A DNA stretch of 64,000 nucleotides, taken from assembly GCA_963776515.1 (NCBI GenBank), contig CAVZMY010000002.1:182259-246258 (forward strand), written 5' to 3'. Position numbers and translations under genes: made by a program. Source of the stretch: an uncultured Methanobacteriaceae archaeon. Its GTDB lineage: Archaea > Methanobacteriota > Methanobacteria > Methanobacteriales > Methanobacteriaceae. Below, piece after piece: positions 36,336-49,604 of this stretch. The notes beneath the pieces were generated by a model, which searched no databases, had not been told where the DNA came from, and worked only from the letters and a program-made list of their open reading frames with translations. Numbering within the stretch: position 1 is the stretch's first letter; each line of letters starts with the position of its first letter.

Positions 36336-37113
36336 GATATATTGCCTCTATGTTAATTAAAACTACATAGTATGGATATGGTACCATAGTATATAAATTA
36401 AAGGATATTAATCTCATATATTAACTATGATTCGGCTTTTATAATTTGTTTAGAAATTCTATGAAAATTCGTGCCAAGACCAATAATACATAATTAGTGT
36501 TTTTGATAAGTTTTGTAATCTTCAAATTTTTAGAAATACCATAATTAAAACAGGTTAAAATTCTACTTCGTTATAGGTTAATTTAACGAAATAAAAGTAA
36601 TATTATATTCTTAGTTATTATTATTGTATGAAATTTTTTAGATTTAATTTTTTATCCGGTTTATCATAAATGAACTTATCTAACTAATAAAAAGTTGTTA
36701 TTTCGAAATCTATAAAATGACCGTATATATGGTGTTGAATATAGGGTAGACTTGTATATTTATGGTACTTTCGAAGATCTTTTAATTTAGCTGCAGTCAC
36801 CATGCTGTAAGTAACTAATAGAATCTCCACAATGATATTAAATATTTATGACTACGATTAAAATTTTTATTGTAGTGTATTCAAAATAAATATATTTCTT
36901 GACAATAATTTTTTTATGACCCAATCATATTACAATAAAAATCAATTTAAGAATTCATCACCAATTTGTAAAAAGTGTATAATTAAAAAAAATTATTGTC
37001 CTGCTAAATTTTTTCATTAATAAGATTCGAGAAATCATAATTCTCAATACATTTCTAATAAATTATAATTTTGAAATTCTTTGTTATGTTAAGGAATTGG
37101 TTTATGTTTAAAA

Positions 37114-37542
37114 TTATTTTTTAGTTTTTTCAATAAAAAATAGACATATATTTTTCCAACTACAATCTGAGCATATATTTACTATATGTTCACGATCTAA
37201 GTTTTTATTGATGGTATTGAAAGCATCTTGTACTGTATAAATATGTTTAATATCTAAACTTGCACTTTCAATTATTTGTCTGTCAATCTTATCTAATTCA
37301 TCTTCAGATCCTTTGACACATTTCCCATCATCATTATGAGGACATTTTGAACATAACTCGTCAGTATTATCTATTATTTTAAGATTGAAGTAAGGATTTG
37401 ATTTTAAAAAAGAAACAACCATTCCCATATGTACTACAAATTCTTTTGTATAACCATAACCCTGAAATCCTTGAATACAAAGAAGATGATGGGCCCTGAT
37501 TCTAATAGGATCAGAATATTCTACCCTTTCCGTTATTATCAA
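37114..37542 (-). CDS. DUF1284 family protein
   Basis: IRAHHLLCIQGFQGYGY, D.LC..CPH, IC..C.W...C. Confidence 0.9.
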   Translation of the reverse strand: MIITERVEYSDPIRIRAHHLLCIQGFQGYGYTKEFVVHMGMVVSFLKSNPYFNLKIIDNTDELCSKCPHNDDGKCVKGSEDELDKIDRQIIESASLDIKHIYTVQDAFNTINKNLDREHIVNICSDCSWKNICLFFIEKTKK

Positions 37543-38181
37543 GCAGAATTTTCTCCATTATTAAATGGTTCTTTAGGTGTTATGGCCTTAGCAAGTGCCG
37601 CCGCACCCCCTATTTTAATAATATCCCCAACGATGAAAGGTAATAATCCCATTGCTAATAAACTCCAAAGTCCCGGTACAGTACCGTTTACTAAATACAT
37701 CCATAGCACTTAATTGGATTAATCCTGGAACATAAATTAGGAAGAAACTTGCAAACATCAATATGGCCAACATAGGCGTAAAACTTCGCACATTTACATA
37801 TTTATCTGCAAAATACCCAATAAATAATGCAGCAAGTACAAATCCTATTAAAAATCCGCCAGTTGCACCGATTATGGTTTCAAATCCGCCTGTACTTCCA
37901 GCAAACCATGGAACACCGACTAATCCTATTGCCAAGTATATTATCATGCTCAATCCGCCCCAGTATCTTCCCAGTAGTATTCCTGCAAGAAGAACTGCCA
38001 ATGTTTGGGCGGTTATTGGTACGGGAGTCCAGGGTAGGGGTATAATTATTTGAGCCATTAGTCCTGTTATACAAGCCATGAAAAATGCCATAACGAGTTT
38101 GTTAGCGTATGAAGTTTCAGAACGCCATTTAAAAAGTGAATGCCTCTTTTCAAAATAATTGTCAATTGTTATCTCCATCAA
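37539..38181 (-). CDS. bioY: Biotin transporter BioY (frameshift near 37705)
   Basis: AQI.IPLPWTPVPIT.QT, G.PWFAG, G.TGGFLIGF; C-terminal GLLPFIVGD in another frame. Confidence 0.9.
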
Positions 38182-38588
38182 ATTCCTCCCCAGATTATAT
38201 TACCAGTCCATGTCCATTAATTTTTAATTGCTAAATTTTTTTAATATATTGAAATTAGGTTAAATTTAACTAATTACAGTAAAAATTGTTTCTCTAACCC
38301 TACAACTGAATTTATTTGTTCTCTTAATTTATTAGGATTCAAATATTATAAATACTTTTTTTCTTTATAATTCGAATCTTAAATAATCATTGAATTAAAC
38401 CTATTTAAGGATGATAAAAAAAAATTAACCCATTATTATTGATTTTATAAGATAATAGTCAATGTTTTGTTTTATTTGGTTTAAATTTGGTATTAATTTC
38501 TAATAAAATCATGATTTAGATGGCTCGTTCAAGTTTTAGATTTAAAAAAATAGAAAGTTTTTCATATATTATTAGATTATAAATAATG

Positions 38589-39585
38589 TTATACCAATTT
38601 CGCCCGGTCATACACATTTTTAAGCGTATGCATGTCAACACTTGTATATATCTGTGTAGTACTCAAGTTAGCATGTCCCAAAAGTTGTTGTATTGCCCTG
38701 ATGTCTACACCATTTTTTAACAAATGAGTTGCAAAGGAATGTCTTAAAATATGGGGTGTTACTCTCTTTTTTATCCCTGCAGCAACCGCATAATCTTTGA
38801 TCATCATTTGGATATATCTAGGAGTTAGATGATTTCCTGATCTATTAACGAACAGATAATCACTTTGGTCACCTCTCACTAAAATGTATCCTTCAAGTAG
38901 TATCTTTGTTTCTTCATCAAAGAGGACTATCCTATCTTTCTCACCTTTCCCTCTTATTCTAAGAGTTCTGTCACGAAGATCTATGCTATCGGTGTGAAAC
39001 ATAACAAGTTCTGATACTCTCAGTCCAGATGAGTAAAGTAATGCCAATATAACCTTGTTTCTAAGTCTTAAAAATTCTGAATCGTTCAGAAAGACCATTT
39101 ACGTCCCCGGAGTTATCCATAGCAGTTATTAAGGTTTTTACCTCATTCTCATTTAAAGATTTAGGGAGTGATTTCGTTCTTTTAGGAGTTTTGACCTCTT
39201 TTAAAACACCAATACCGCCAAATTCAAAAAATTTTTTGGCAACCACTGTCACTAAGTATATATAATTCTGGGAAACATTCTTTTCACGTTTAAGATGTCG
39301 AATGTACCTTTTAAATGCTCTTAAAACTAATCTTTCATCGTAAAGATCCTCTTCTTTCTGTAAAAATCGATAAAAATTATTTATTATAGATCTATAAGTT
39401 TTAATAGTACTTTTTGAATAGTTCCTTATCTCAAGTTCCATTAAATAGTCTTCTATCATCTCTGGAAAGTCAAAGGCGTCTAATATATTCTCTCTAAGAA
39501 TATTTTCAGATTCAGGAACTGCTCTCTGCAAGTTTGTTAAACCTCCATCCAGATTATTCCAGTGATTATTTGGATACGGGTTCAT
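38589..39585 (-). CDS. xerA: Tyrosine recombinase XerA (frameshift near 39080)
   Basis: SAM-like N-domain, [48 protein letters not shown]. Confidence 0.9.
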
Positions 39586-39672
39586 GTTAGTAACTTTTTA
39601 TTATATTCCAGATTCAAATTTTGATGTTAACCAATATTTTGTTAGTTATAGGTAATTTACTTGTATTCAAGG

Positions 39673-41187
39673 TCACATGTAACTTCTATCAACATTCTCA
39701 TTAGGATCAGTTGTTTTTCCAGTACCCATATGCTGAGAACTTGATAAATCCTTGTGTAATGCATTTTCAAAAGATTTGTATCTTCTAATTATTTGATCTT
39801 CAATGGAACTGCATTTTTTATAGCAAATGACATGTGATTTTCCCCTATTAAATCACTACCATCCATGACTGCCATATCTCCAGCCATACGCAACACTCCA
39901 CCTAAGTCTCTTAATCTAAGTGTTAATGAATCTTTTTTATCGTCTATTGCAGCAGCTCTTCTCCTTGGCTTCATTTATTAATAGCTCTAATTGAATTTTT
40001 TGTTGCATGAGGGATCTTACCATCCATTTTAATTTCCTGAGCAACAAATTGTGCAATCTTGGACCTGATTTTCTTCATTATCGGGCATGGTAGTCCTCAT
40101 AAGGATTTCATAACCTTCCCCTTGAATTCTTGAACGTAATGGTGGTAAAATGTATTGAACGTCCCTGATATTACAGGCCGCTATGAAAATAAAGTCACAT
40201 GGAACATTATCTACTTTAACAGAGCTTCCAGCACTCTGAGGATTTCTACCAACTATAGGGAAATACTTTATCTTGCATTGCACTAAGAATATATCTCTGC
40301 AAAGGAGCTATATGTACTATTTCATCTATAAAAAGTACACCTTCATGAGCCTCGTGGATTGCTCCAGGAACAACTCGTTCATATGGTTGGGTCCCGAGTT
40401 CAGGATGTCCTCCATATGGATCGTGTCGAACGTCTCCCAATAATTCTGTTTCGCTGGCACCGGTTGCTTGTACGAACATTTTCCTATCTAGTGGTACAAT
40501 CACATTTTTAGGTTTTTCTTCGACAAGTTCTCTTCTCTTTTCAAGTGCATGTTGATCAAGTATTTTTATGCTATCTCCATCAACACGCTCGTAAATAACA
40601 ACTTCTTCCCTACCATTTTTCATTCTGGTAGTTGTAACTCTTTCCTGAGGTAGGTTTACTGAACCTTCATTCATTTCAAACATACCCAAAAGGTCACCTA
40701 TATGTTTTCTACTGGCGTTTATGTGGGAATACTTGTCAGTACCGCATTTAGGGCATATACTCTGATATGCATTGTTATATCCTCCACAGTTAAAACATCT
40801 GAATCCTAGTCTATCTGCAACAGCTTCTGGAACATTTTCAGGATCTACTAGTTCACCTTCCGCACGTTCAAGTTCCCGCTTTTCTTGTTCCATTTCTTTA
40901 CGTGTTTTTGTTTCGACAAATGGTCTTTCAGGTCTTTCAGGATTATGTACTACTGTTATTTCCTCGTTAGGTTCTGTAAGATGGAATGATATTGCTTGGG
41001 CTATTAATGATTTTCCAATACCTGGAGGACCAACTAACAGAAGATTTCTTCGCTGTTTTGCAGCAATTTTAACGAATTTTATGATGTCATCATGCCCAAT
41101 AACTCTTTCAAGTGGATCTTTAGGTATAATAATGTCCTTAGTAGTCGTTATATCTCCTAAAAACTCTTTTTTCATGTTCACATACAT
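39673..41187 (-). CDS. LonB-related AAA+ ATPase lacking the protease domain (frameshifts near 40260, 40045 and 39975)
   Basis: VIGHD, GPPGIGKS, LLGDVRHDPYGG, PGAIHEAHEGVLFIDE, PCDFIF, LRSRI.G.GYE, LTLRLRDLGG; gene ends before any Lon-C domain. Confidence 0.85.
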
Positions 41188-41302
41188 AAAAATACCCCCA
41201 GGGGATAGATTGCAAACAATCTAAACCCTGATGATCTACAAATACTATTTTCAATTATTTAATAAATTCATGATTTACTCATAATATATATTATGAATAT
41301 TT

Positions 41303-42448
<1,146 letters not shown>

Positions 42449-42510
42449 TTTTGGGCCTCCCTCTTGTATTAGATACTTGTAATGATATTGGTATATCATG
42501 CCATTTGGCA

Positions 42511-42951
42511 TCAGTATCTGGAATAGAAATGCTGATGATAGTAATTACCATTTACATCATTTGGGCATTCTTCGAGTTCTAATTGTTTCATATGTCTTGG
42601 GAGGCTCTCAATATCCTTAATAAATTTCCGTGTTAACCCCATAATCTTACGTCTTATTTCAAGGTTGGGATAACAGCCTAGACTTTGTATATCTTCTGCA
42701 AGTCTTTTAGCAAGTTCTATACCTTTTTTATCAAAGTCCGTAAGTATAATAATTTTGGAGGACAATTCTACAGCGCACTCCACTACTTCAAATAATTTTA
42801 AGCCTGAACCTGAAACTTTTATGAAATTACCATTGATACCAAGTTTTTTCAAAGCATTTTCGTCTTTTTTCCCCTCGATAAGTATGGGCATTCCTTGTTC
42901 TGCGCAGATCTTAAGTTCCTCTATAATACAAGACAATTTTTTAAAACTCAT
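42511..42951 (-). CDS. Small TOPRIM domain protein (UPF0292-like)
   Basis: ILIEGKKD..AL..LG, LTDFD..G, KDIE.L. Confidence 0.88.
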   Translation of the reverse strand: MSFKKLSCIIEELKICAEQGMPILIEGKKDENALKKLGINGNFIKVSGSGLKLFEVVECAVELSSKIIILTDFDKKGIELAKRLAEDIQSLGCYPNLEIRRKIMGLTRKFIKDIESLPRHMKQLELEECPNDVNGNYYHQHFYSRY

Positions 42952-43291
42952 TTGTAAGCCTTTTTTATGATGTTGAATAAGTATCTACAAAATATTATAA
43001 CTAAACTAATATATAAAATTGAAGTAATTTGGATAGTTATGATGAAATACAGCTTCCTTAATTTTTGAAGGAACACGTTAAAATAATCAGTAATGATAGT
43101 ATTCAATAATTTCAATTTAAAAATTAAAAATATTATATATTAATCCAATAAAGTTAATCAAAACCATTAATTATAATTATAAAATATCAACTATGTAAAG
43201 TTTAAATATTTATAAGGAAAAGTTATATTTATTTTATATTTTAAATACCATAAATTGTAATTATGACTAATAAAATTTGGAGGACATGAAC

Positions 43292-43582
43292 GTGGCAAAA
43301 GGCCTAATAAGGATAGTTCTAGATATATTGAAACCGCATGAACCTATAATTCCTTCATTTGCAAAGTATTTAAGTGAATTAAATGGTGTTGACGGAGTCA
43401 ACATTACACTCATGGAAATAGATAAGGAAACTGAAAATATCAAAGTGACAATACAAGGTGACGATTTGGACTTTGATGAAATTACCATGGCAATAGAAGA
43501 ATATGGTGGATCAATACATAGTGTTGATGAGGTTGTTGCAGGAAAACAACTAATTGAAGAAGTTACAACACCACAGGATTGA
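43292..43582 (+). CDS. DUF211 family protein
   Basis: [29 protein letters not shown]; GGAGG SD before GTG 43292. Confidence 0.9.
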   Translation: MAKGLIRIVLDILKPHEPIIPSFAKYLSELNGVDGVNITLMEIDKETENIKVTIQGDDLDFDEITMAIEEYGGSIHSVDEVVAGKQLIEEVTTPQD

Positions 43583-43586
43583 TTTT

Positions 43587-44270
43587 ATGAATTATAAAGG
43601 AGAAGTTAATAAGGAGAAACTTTCTCCAGCTAACTTTTTAAAACAATTTTCTCAAGGATCTTCAGCTGAGAAGAATTTGAGTTTAGATATCAGCACATCA
43701 CAATTATCTGACGCTTTAAGAAAAGTTACCGGACATAATGGTGTCCTTGTGGGAACGAAGCCAATCAAAAATAGTATTAAAATTATGGGTTATGCAACAA
43801 CTGTAAAAACCTCAGCTAATGATTGGGGGACTGTTATTAAGGGAATATACGAGGCAGAAAAGGGAAATATTCTTGTTATCAGTTGTGATAGAGATGATCC
43901 TGCAGTTTGGGGTGAAATGGCTTCAACTGCCGCAAAGAAACATGGCATTTTAGGAACAGTTATTTATGGTGCTAGTAGAGATGTTGGCGGAATTAAAGAA
44001 TTAGATTACCCTGTTTTTTCCAGAGCAATTGTTCCAAATGCAGGAAACCCAATTGGAGAAGGAGACGTTAACATCCCTGTAACATGCGGACGTACAATTG
44101 TAAACCCTGGAGATTTAATAATGGGAGATGAATGTGGAGTTGTCAGCGTACCTATGGAAGTAGTTGATAATGTTTTAAGAGAAGCTCATAAAATTTTAGA
44201 TAATGAAAACCATATAGCAAGTCAGCTGAAAGAGGGTAAATCTTTCCTAGACATATTAGATATGAAATAG
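43587..44270 (+). CDS. RraA family / HMG aldolase-like protein
   Basis: T..LSDAL, AVWGEM, GASRD, PGDLIMGDECGVV. Confidence 0.88.
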   Translation: MNYKGEVNKEKLSPANFLKQFSQGSSAEKNLSLDISTSQLSDALRKVTGHNGVLVGTKPIKNSIKIMGYATTVKTSANDWGTVIKGIYEAEKGNILVISCDRDDPAVWGEMASTAAKKHGILGTVIYGASRDVGGIKELDYPVFSRAIVPNAGNPIGEGDVNIPVTCGRTIVNPGDLIMGDECGVVSVPMEVVDNVLREAHKILDNENHIASQLKEGKSFLDILDMK

Positions 44271-44377
44271 TTAGAATCAAATTTTTATGTGGATAAATTG
44301 TTTTGTTTCATTAATTTTTTTTAAAATATGGGATCTGATAGATAAGTTGATATATTATTCATTCTATATTTCTTAAG

Positions 44378-45436
44378 ATGCAGACCACCTCTGATTTAAT
44401 TCGTGAGCATAAATGGAAAATAATATTCACACTAATAATTGGCGGATTTATAATATTTGCAATATCAATAGCTGTTGGATTGCAAGATATACTAGATGTT
44501 TTGAAGAAATCTGATCCTGCAATAATCATCGTCGCGTTAATTTTAGAGATACTTATCATTGGAATGTGGACCAAGCGTTGGTCGCTTATCTTGGATGTTA
44601 TTGACAAATCGCCAGGATTTGGAACGCTCTTTGTTATGATGTTCACCAGTTTATTTGGTAATAATTTAACTCCTGGAGCTGCAGGTGGAGAACCAATGCG
44701 AGCATACCTCTTGAGCAAATTTGAGGGTATTTCATTCGATCTTGCTTTCGTTTCTGCTAGTGCAGATAGGGTATTTGAATTCTTCCCATTTGTACTTGTA
44801 TCGGGCTTTGCAATATATATGATATCAACCTGGCATCTTCCTTTCTGGAGTACAATTTTCATAAGCGTTCTCATAATAATAATCATGGGCTTTTTTGGAA
44901 TTTTGATATACGTAGGTGTGAAAAGAGAGATAGCCGAAAGATTATTGTTATCATTAGCTAAGTCATTTTTACCAATTTTTGTTAAGATAACTAAGAAAGA
45001 AATTACTTTACATTATGTTACAGAACAAATAACTTTCTATGTTGGAAGGTTCTCAACAGGTTTTGCAACTGTTCTACAAGATAAACAAATGTTCACTCTT
45101 GGCCTTGCTATATCTTTCATTATGTGGGGTACAGATATGTTAAGGATGTACCTATGTTTTGTTGCAGTTGGATCGTTCCCGCCTTTGGTACCAATGATAA
45201 TTATTTATACAATCGGGATTTTAATAACCATACTTCCAACAATTCCTGGTGCTTTAGGACTTCGTGAAGTAACAATGGTTGGCCTATTTTTAGTTGTGGG
45301 TGTTCCAGCAGATGTTGTACTCGCTGCAAGCCTCATTGATCGACTTATTAGTTATTTAATGCCAACTATAGTTGGTGCGATTACAACAGTTTACTATGGT
45401 AAGCTTTTAAATAAAATGGAAGCAAATTCTTCCTGA
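44378..45436 (+). CDS. UPF0104 / lysylphosphatidylglycerol-synthase TM (flippase-like) membrane protein
   Basis: Multiple TM helices; NNLTPG..GGEP.R, PG.LG..E, DRLISY. Confidence 0.85.
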   Translation: MQTTSDLIREHKWKIIFTLIIGGFIIFAISIAVGLQDILDVLKKSDPAIIIVALILEILIIGMWTKRWSLILDVIDKSPGFGTLFVMMFTSLFGNNLTPGAAGGEPMRAYLLSKFEGISFDLAFVSASADRVFEFFPFVLVSGFAIYMISTWHLPFWSTIFISVLIIIIMGFFGILIYVGVKREIAERLLLSLAKSFLPIFVKITKKEITLHYVTEQITFYVGRFSTGFATVLQDKQMFTLGLAISFIMWGTDMLRMYLCFVAVGSFPPLVPMIIIYTIGILITILPTIPGALGLREVTMVGLFLVVGVPADVVLAASLIDRLISYLMPTIVGAITTVYYGKLLNKMEANSS

Positions 45437-45571
45437 AGTTATTTAAAGCATTAAAATGGATATGTAAGAAAATATACCTCGAAATAGTCCTTTTAAAACT
45501 ATCGAAAACTTTTTATATTAGTAATAGCGACAATAATTATTATATAAAACTTTCGGTTGAGGGCTAATTAA

Positions 45572-45847
45572 ATGAAACAACTAGGTAAAGTATCGCACAT
45601 TTCGAATAGAAGTAGAGTCATATTGAGATCAGATCAAACCCCAGGTTTTGGTCTGCCTGTTTTTACAAAGGACAATAAAAAGTTTGGCACAGTCTACGAT
45701 GTATTTGGTCCAACAAAAGGCCAATACATCTCGGTAAAGGTTTTTAGAAAATTTTCCAAAGATCTCGAAAACCGTATTGGAGAAACCCTTTTCATTCCCT
45801 CAAAAAAGATTGAAAAACGGGGGCGAAGGAAACGACAGAACAAATGA
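45572..45847 (+). CDS. gar1: H/ACA RNP protein Gar1
   Basis: LGKVSH, G.VYDVFGP...Y.SVK; directly upstream of tfb. Confidence 0.88.
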   Translation: MKQLGKVSHISNRSRVILRSDQTPGFGLPVFTKDNKKFGTVYDVFGPTKGQYISVKVFRKFSKDLENRIGETLFIPSKKIEKRGRRKRQNK

Positions 45848-46839
45848 AACACGAAGTAATTGATATAGATAATGCCAAACCTGATGTTTCAGAGAAGGAA
45901 CATATGAAACAGGATGTTTCGGAAATTGAAGAAGTTGAAACTAAATGTCCAGAATGTGAATCTGAAAAGCTCATAAATGATCATGAACGGGGAGAAATAG
46001 TTTGTGGTGATTGTGGCCTTGTAATTGACGACAGCATCATGGATATGGGTCCTGAGTGGAGGGCTTTTGATCACGAACAACGAGACAAAAGAACTAGGGT
46101 GGGTGCACCAATAACGTACACCATACATGATAAAGGACTCTCTACAATGATTGATTGGAGAAATAAGGATATATACGGTCGTGACATCCCTGCCAGAAAT
46201 CGTGCACAATGGTACAGGCTCAGAAAGTGGCAGAGAAAAATTAGGATATCGGGTGCAACGGAAAGAAATCTTGCATTTGCATTGAGCGAATTGGATAGAG
46301 ATTCATCAAGATTGGGACTTCCAAGAAGTGTAAGGGAAGCAGCATCAGTTGTATATCGAAATGCCGTTGAAAACAAACTTATCAGAGGAAGAAGTATCGA
46401 AGGTGTGGTTGCAGCATCATTATATGCCGCATGCCGCAGATGTAACGTGCCTAGAACTCTTGATGAAATTGCTGAAGTTTCCAGAGTAAGTAAAAAAGAA
46501 GTTGGAAGGACTTATAGATTTCTTACAAGGGAATTAAATATTAAATTACCCCCTACATCACCAGTGGATTATGTTCCAAGATTTGCAAGCGAACTAAAAC
46601 TATCGGGTGAGGTTCAATCCAAAGCTATTGAAATTATAGAAAAAGCAATGGAAAAAGGATTAACATCCGGAAGAGGTCCTACAGGTGTAGCAGCAGCCGC
46701 TCTGTATATTGCTTCTGTCCTTTTAGGTGAAAGGAAAACACAACGAGATGTAGCCGATATAGCTGGAGTTACAGAAGTAACAATACGTAACAGGTATAAA
46801 GAACTTACTGAACAGCTTGATATGGGTGTAACTTTATAG
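45844..46839 (+). CDS. tfb: Transcription initiation factor IIB
   Basis: CPEC...CGDCG Zn ribbon, [31 protein letters not shown]. Confidence 0.97.
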   Translation: MKHEVIDIDNAKPDVSEKEHMKQDVSEIEEVETKCPECESEKLINDHERGEIVCGDCGLVIDDSIMDMGPEWRAFDHEQRDKRTRVGAPITYTIHDKGLSTMIDWRNKDIYGRDIPARNRAQWYRLRKWQRKIRISGATERNLAFALSELDRDSSRLGLPRSVREAASVVYRNAVENKLIRGRSIEGVVAASLYAACRRCNVPRTLDEIAEVSRVSKKEVGRTYRFLTRELNIKLPPTSPVDYVPRFASELKLSGEVQSKAIEIIEKAMEKGLTSGRGPTGVAAAALYIASVLLGERKTQRDVADIAGVTEVTIRNRYKELTEQLDMGVTL

Positions 46840-47021
46840 TTAATATCAAAAAAATATTTTTTTTACCTCTGACACATACTCTTATTTCAAATTCTAATTA
46901 TTTCCAATTTTCATATTAGGAATTCTATAAAAATAATTTGATAGCGAATATTAAAAAAAAAGAAATTTTCGAGTTATAATATTTTATTTGATTTAAAGTG
47001 ATTTTTTTTTTGTTACAAAAA

Positions 47022-47222
47022 TTAAAACCCAATCTTACTTCTGAATGTTAAGAGAAGGAATAAAACTATGAACACTCCAAATGCAACATAGAGCATTCTT
47101 CTTGTTTTTTCAATTTTCTTCTGATTTTCAAAGTAAAGTTGCTCACAATTAGGAGAGCAAAATTTCTCAGATAATGGTATTGGTTTTTGGCATATTGGAC
47201 AGTGTTTGTGTTGATCAGTCAT
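47022..47222 (-). CDS. DUF2116 family Zn-ribbon membrane protein
   Basis: HKHCPICQKPIP....FCS..C plus C-terminal TM helix. Confidence 0.88.
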   Translation of the reverse strand: MTDQHKHCPICQKPIPLSEKFCSPNCEQLYFENQKKIEKTRRMLYVAFGVFIVLFLLLTFRSKIGF

Positions 47223-47274
47223 GTTTTTAACCTCTTATTTAATTTGATTATTATTGATATTTTTCGAATTAGTA

Positions 47275-47949
47275 CTATTCTGGAATTATAGTAGTACCTA
47301 TTTTGCCGGTGATTCCATTTTTTATATTATTAGCATCTTCACCATTTAATATAACGGTTTTTATACCAGATCTCCTAATGATCTGAACAGCCGTCATATC
47401 AAAAAATTCATAGGTTCCAGCTTTAATATCTTTTGTTGACATAAGATCCATCATTTTTGACGGTTTAACTTCTTTAAACATCTCAGCATCAGAATATTTG
47501 TTAGGATCCTTATTATAAAGTCCATCCACAGATGTAGCATTTATAAGTAGATCTGCACCTATAAACTCTGCTAAAATACTTCCAACTGCGTCTGTACTGT
47601 GTGCTGGTTCTGTACCACCCATAACAACGATTTTATTTGAACTTGCAAATTGCATTGCTTCTCTAAAATTATGAGGAACCGCAGGATATGCCGAGTCTCC
47701 AAGGGCAGCGATTAACAGCTTTGCATTGAGTCTTGTAACTTCAATACCCACATCATCACACATTGCTTCAGAAACCCCAAGATCTCTAGCTATACCTATA
47801 TAGTCACGAGCAGTTGTACCACCACCCACTACTACAAATATTTCATGATCCTCACCTATATCCAACAAAACTCTAGCATAGTCCCTGAATTTTTTATAAT
47901 CATGATCTTTAATTAGTATTGATCCACCAATTGTAATAACTATCTTCAT
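47275..47949 (-). CDS. pyrH: UMP kinase
   Basis: [33 protein letters not shown]. Confidence 0.95.
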   Translation of the reverse strand: MKIVITIGGSILIKDHDYKKFRDYARVLLDIGEDHEIFVVVGGGTTARDYIGIARDLGVSEAMCDDVGIEVTRLNAKLLIAALGDSAYPAVPHNFREAMQFASSNKIVVMGGTEPAHSTDAVGSILAEFIGADLLINATSVDGLYNKDPNKYSDAEMFKEVKPSKMMDLMSTKDIKAGTYEFFDMTAVQIIRRSGIKTVILNGEDANNIKNGITGKIGTTIIPE

Positions 47950-48134
47950 CTCATCACTCCAAGATTACTTAAATTATAATATAATAAATAGTTTAGAGGA
48001 TATAATATAAGTAGGTTGAAGTAGTTTGTAGTTTAAATATCTAAATTCATAAAATCTACAAAATTCTATTTTGCATTCTCATCAATATGTGTTGTAGATA
48101 TTCAAATATTCCATAACTTAAGGAGTGACTTAAA

Positions 48135-49364
48135 GTGAGTGAAGTATCATCAAAAGAACTGTACGAGGTAAAGAGAACCCTTAAAGAATTAGCAAATAAA
48201 AAGGGACGAGGTACAGAGCTAGTTACAGTTTATATACCACCTGATCGTCAAATTAGTGATGTTGTAAAACACATGCGTGAAGAATTAAGCCAGAGTGCCA
48301 ATATCAAAAGTAAACAAACTAAGAAAAATGTTCAATCTGCAATTGAAGTAATAATGCAACGAATGAAACTATTTCCAAAAGCTCCTGAAAAGGGTCTGGT
48401 TTTATTTGTTGGAATGATACCAAAGGGCGGGCCAGGTACAGAGAAAATGGAAACATATATGTTTGAACCACCTGAACCTTTTCAAACTTATATATACCAT
48501 TGCGATTCTACTTTCTTCTTAAAACCTCTACAAGAGATCATTGAAGATAAAGATGTCTATGGACTTGCTGTTATCGATCGTAAGGAAGCAACTATCGCAA
48601 TACTCAGAGGTAAAAGAATAGATATCATTAAAAATCTGACTAGTGGTGTTCCAGGTAAACATAAAGCAGGAGGACAATCACAACGAAGATTCGATCGTCT
48701 GATAGATCTGGCTGCACATGAATTTCTGAAAAGAATTGGTAACCATATGAACGAAGCTTTCTTAGATGTGCCAGAACTTAAGGGAGTTATTATTGGAGGC
48801 CCCGGCCATACCAAAGAAGAGTTTGTTGAGGGAGATTATCTACATCATGAAATAAAAAATAAGTTAATAACAACTGTTGACACATCCTACACTGGAGAAT
48901 TTGGAATAAGGGAAGTTATGGAAAAGTCAATGGATGTACTCACAGAAATCGATGTTATGAGGGAGAAAAAACTTGTTCAGAAGTTTTTAGTTGAATTGAT
49001 AGATGATCATGGATTAGCTTCTTATGGTGAGGCCGAAGTTAGACGTAACCTCGAGTTAGGTGCTGTGGAGACACTTTTGTTATCAGAAGACCTTAAGTCA
49101 AAGCGAATTAATTATGAATGCCAATCGTGCGGCAAAACAGTACAAAAGACTATTAAAAACGAGAATGAAGTTAAAGATAAAACTTGCCCCAACTGCAACG
49201 AAAAGATGAAAGTTGAAGAAACTGAAGACGTCATTGACGACTTGGTTGAACTTGCAGAGGAAATAGGATCAGACGTTGAGATAATATCCACAGAAACTGA
49301 AGAAGGAATGCAATTATTAAAGGCTTTTGGCGGTATTGGAGCAATATTAAGGTACAGATCATAA
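48135..49364 (+). CDS. prf1: Peptide chain release factor aRF1
   Basis: [33 protein letters not shown]. Confidence 0.97.
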   Translation: MSEVSSKELYEVKRTLKELANKKGRGTELVTVYIPPDRQISDVVKHMREELSQSANIKSKQTKKNVQSAIEVIMQRMKLFPKAPEKGLVLFVGMIPKGGPGTEKMETYMFEPPEPFQTYIYHCDSTFFLKPLQEIIEDKDVYGLAVIDRKEATIAILRGKRIDIIKNLTSGVPGKHKAGGQSQRRFDRLIDLAAHEFLKRIGNHMNEAFLDVPELKGVIIGGPGHTKEEFVEGDYLHHEIKNKLITTVDTSYTGEFGIREVMEKSMDVLTEIDVMREKKLVQKFLVELIDDHGLASYGEAEVRRNLELGAVETLLLSEDLKSKRINYECQSCGKTVQKTIKNENEVKDKTCPNCNEKMKVEETEDVIDDLVELAEEIGSDVEIISTETEEGMQLLKAFGGIGAILRYRS

Positions 49365-49604
49365 ACTATCTTTATATTTCTTTAAATTTTAGATATTAAT
49401 TTTTTTTTAAAGATCTTCTATTCTGCTGTATTTTTAAATGATATTCTAATAATAGAATGGATTTAGAGGGATTGTAAATAAATATTTCAACGATTCTCAA
49501 ACTGTAAAAAACAACTAGTTTTAAAAAAAATTAATTCAATTTAATATATTTGAAAAATTAATTTAATCATTTAAAATGTACAATAATTGAAATTTTTGGA
49601 TCAA

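Noticed and set aside
36336-37113. Replication origin in the AT-rich gap
   Set aside because: No cdc6/orc1 nearby and no repeated ORB-like elements recognised.
38457-38485. BirA-type operator upstream of bioY (AGTCAAT-N15-GTTTAAA)
   Set aside because: Weak match in very AT-rich DNA and ~280 bp from the start codon.
38589-39585. Integrase of a provirus or mobile element
   Set aside because: It has Xer-type motifs, sits among housekeeping genes, and has no adjacent tRNA or viral genes.
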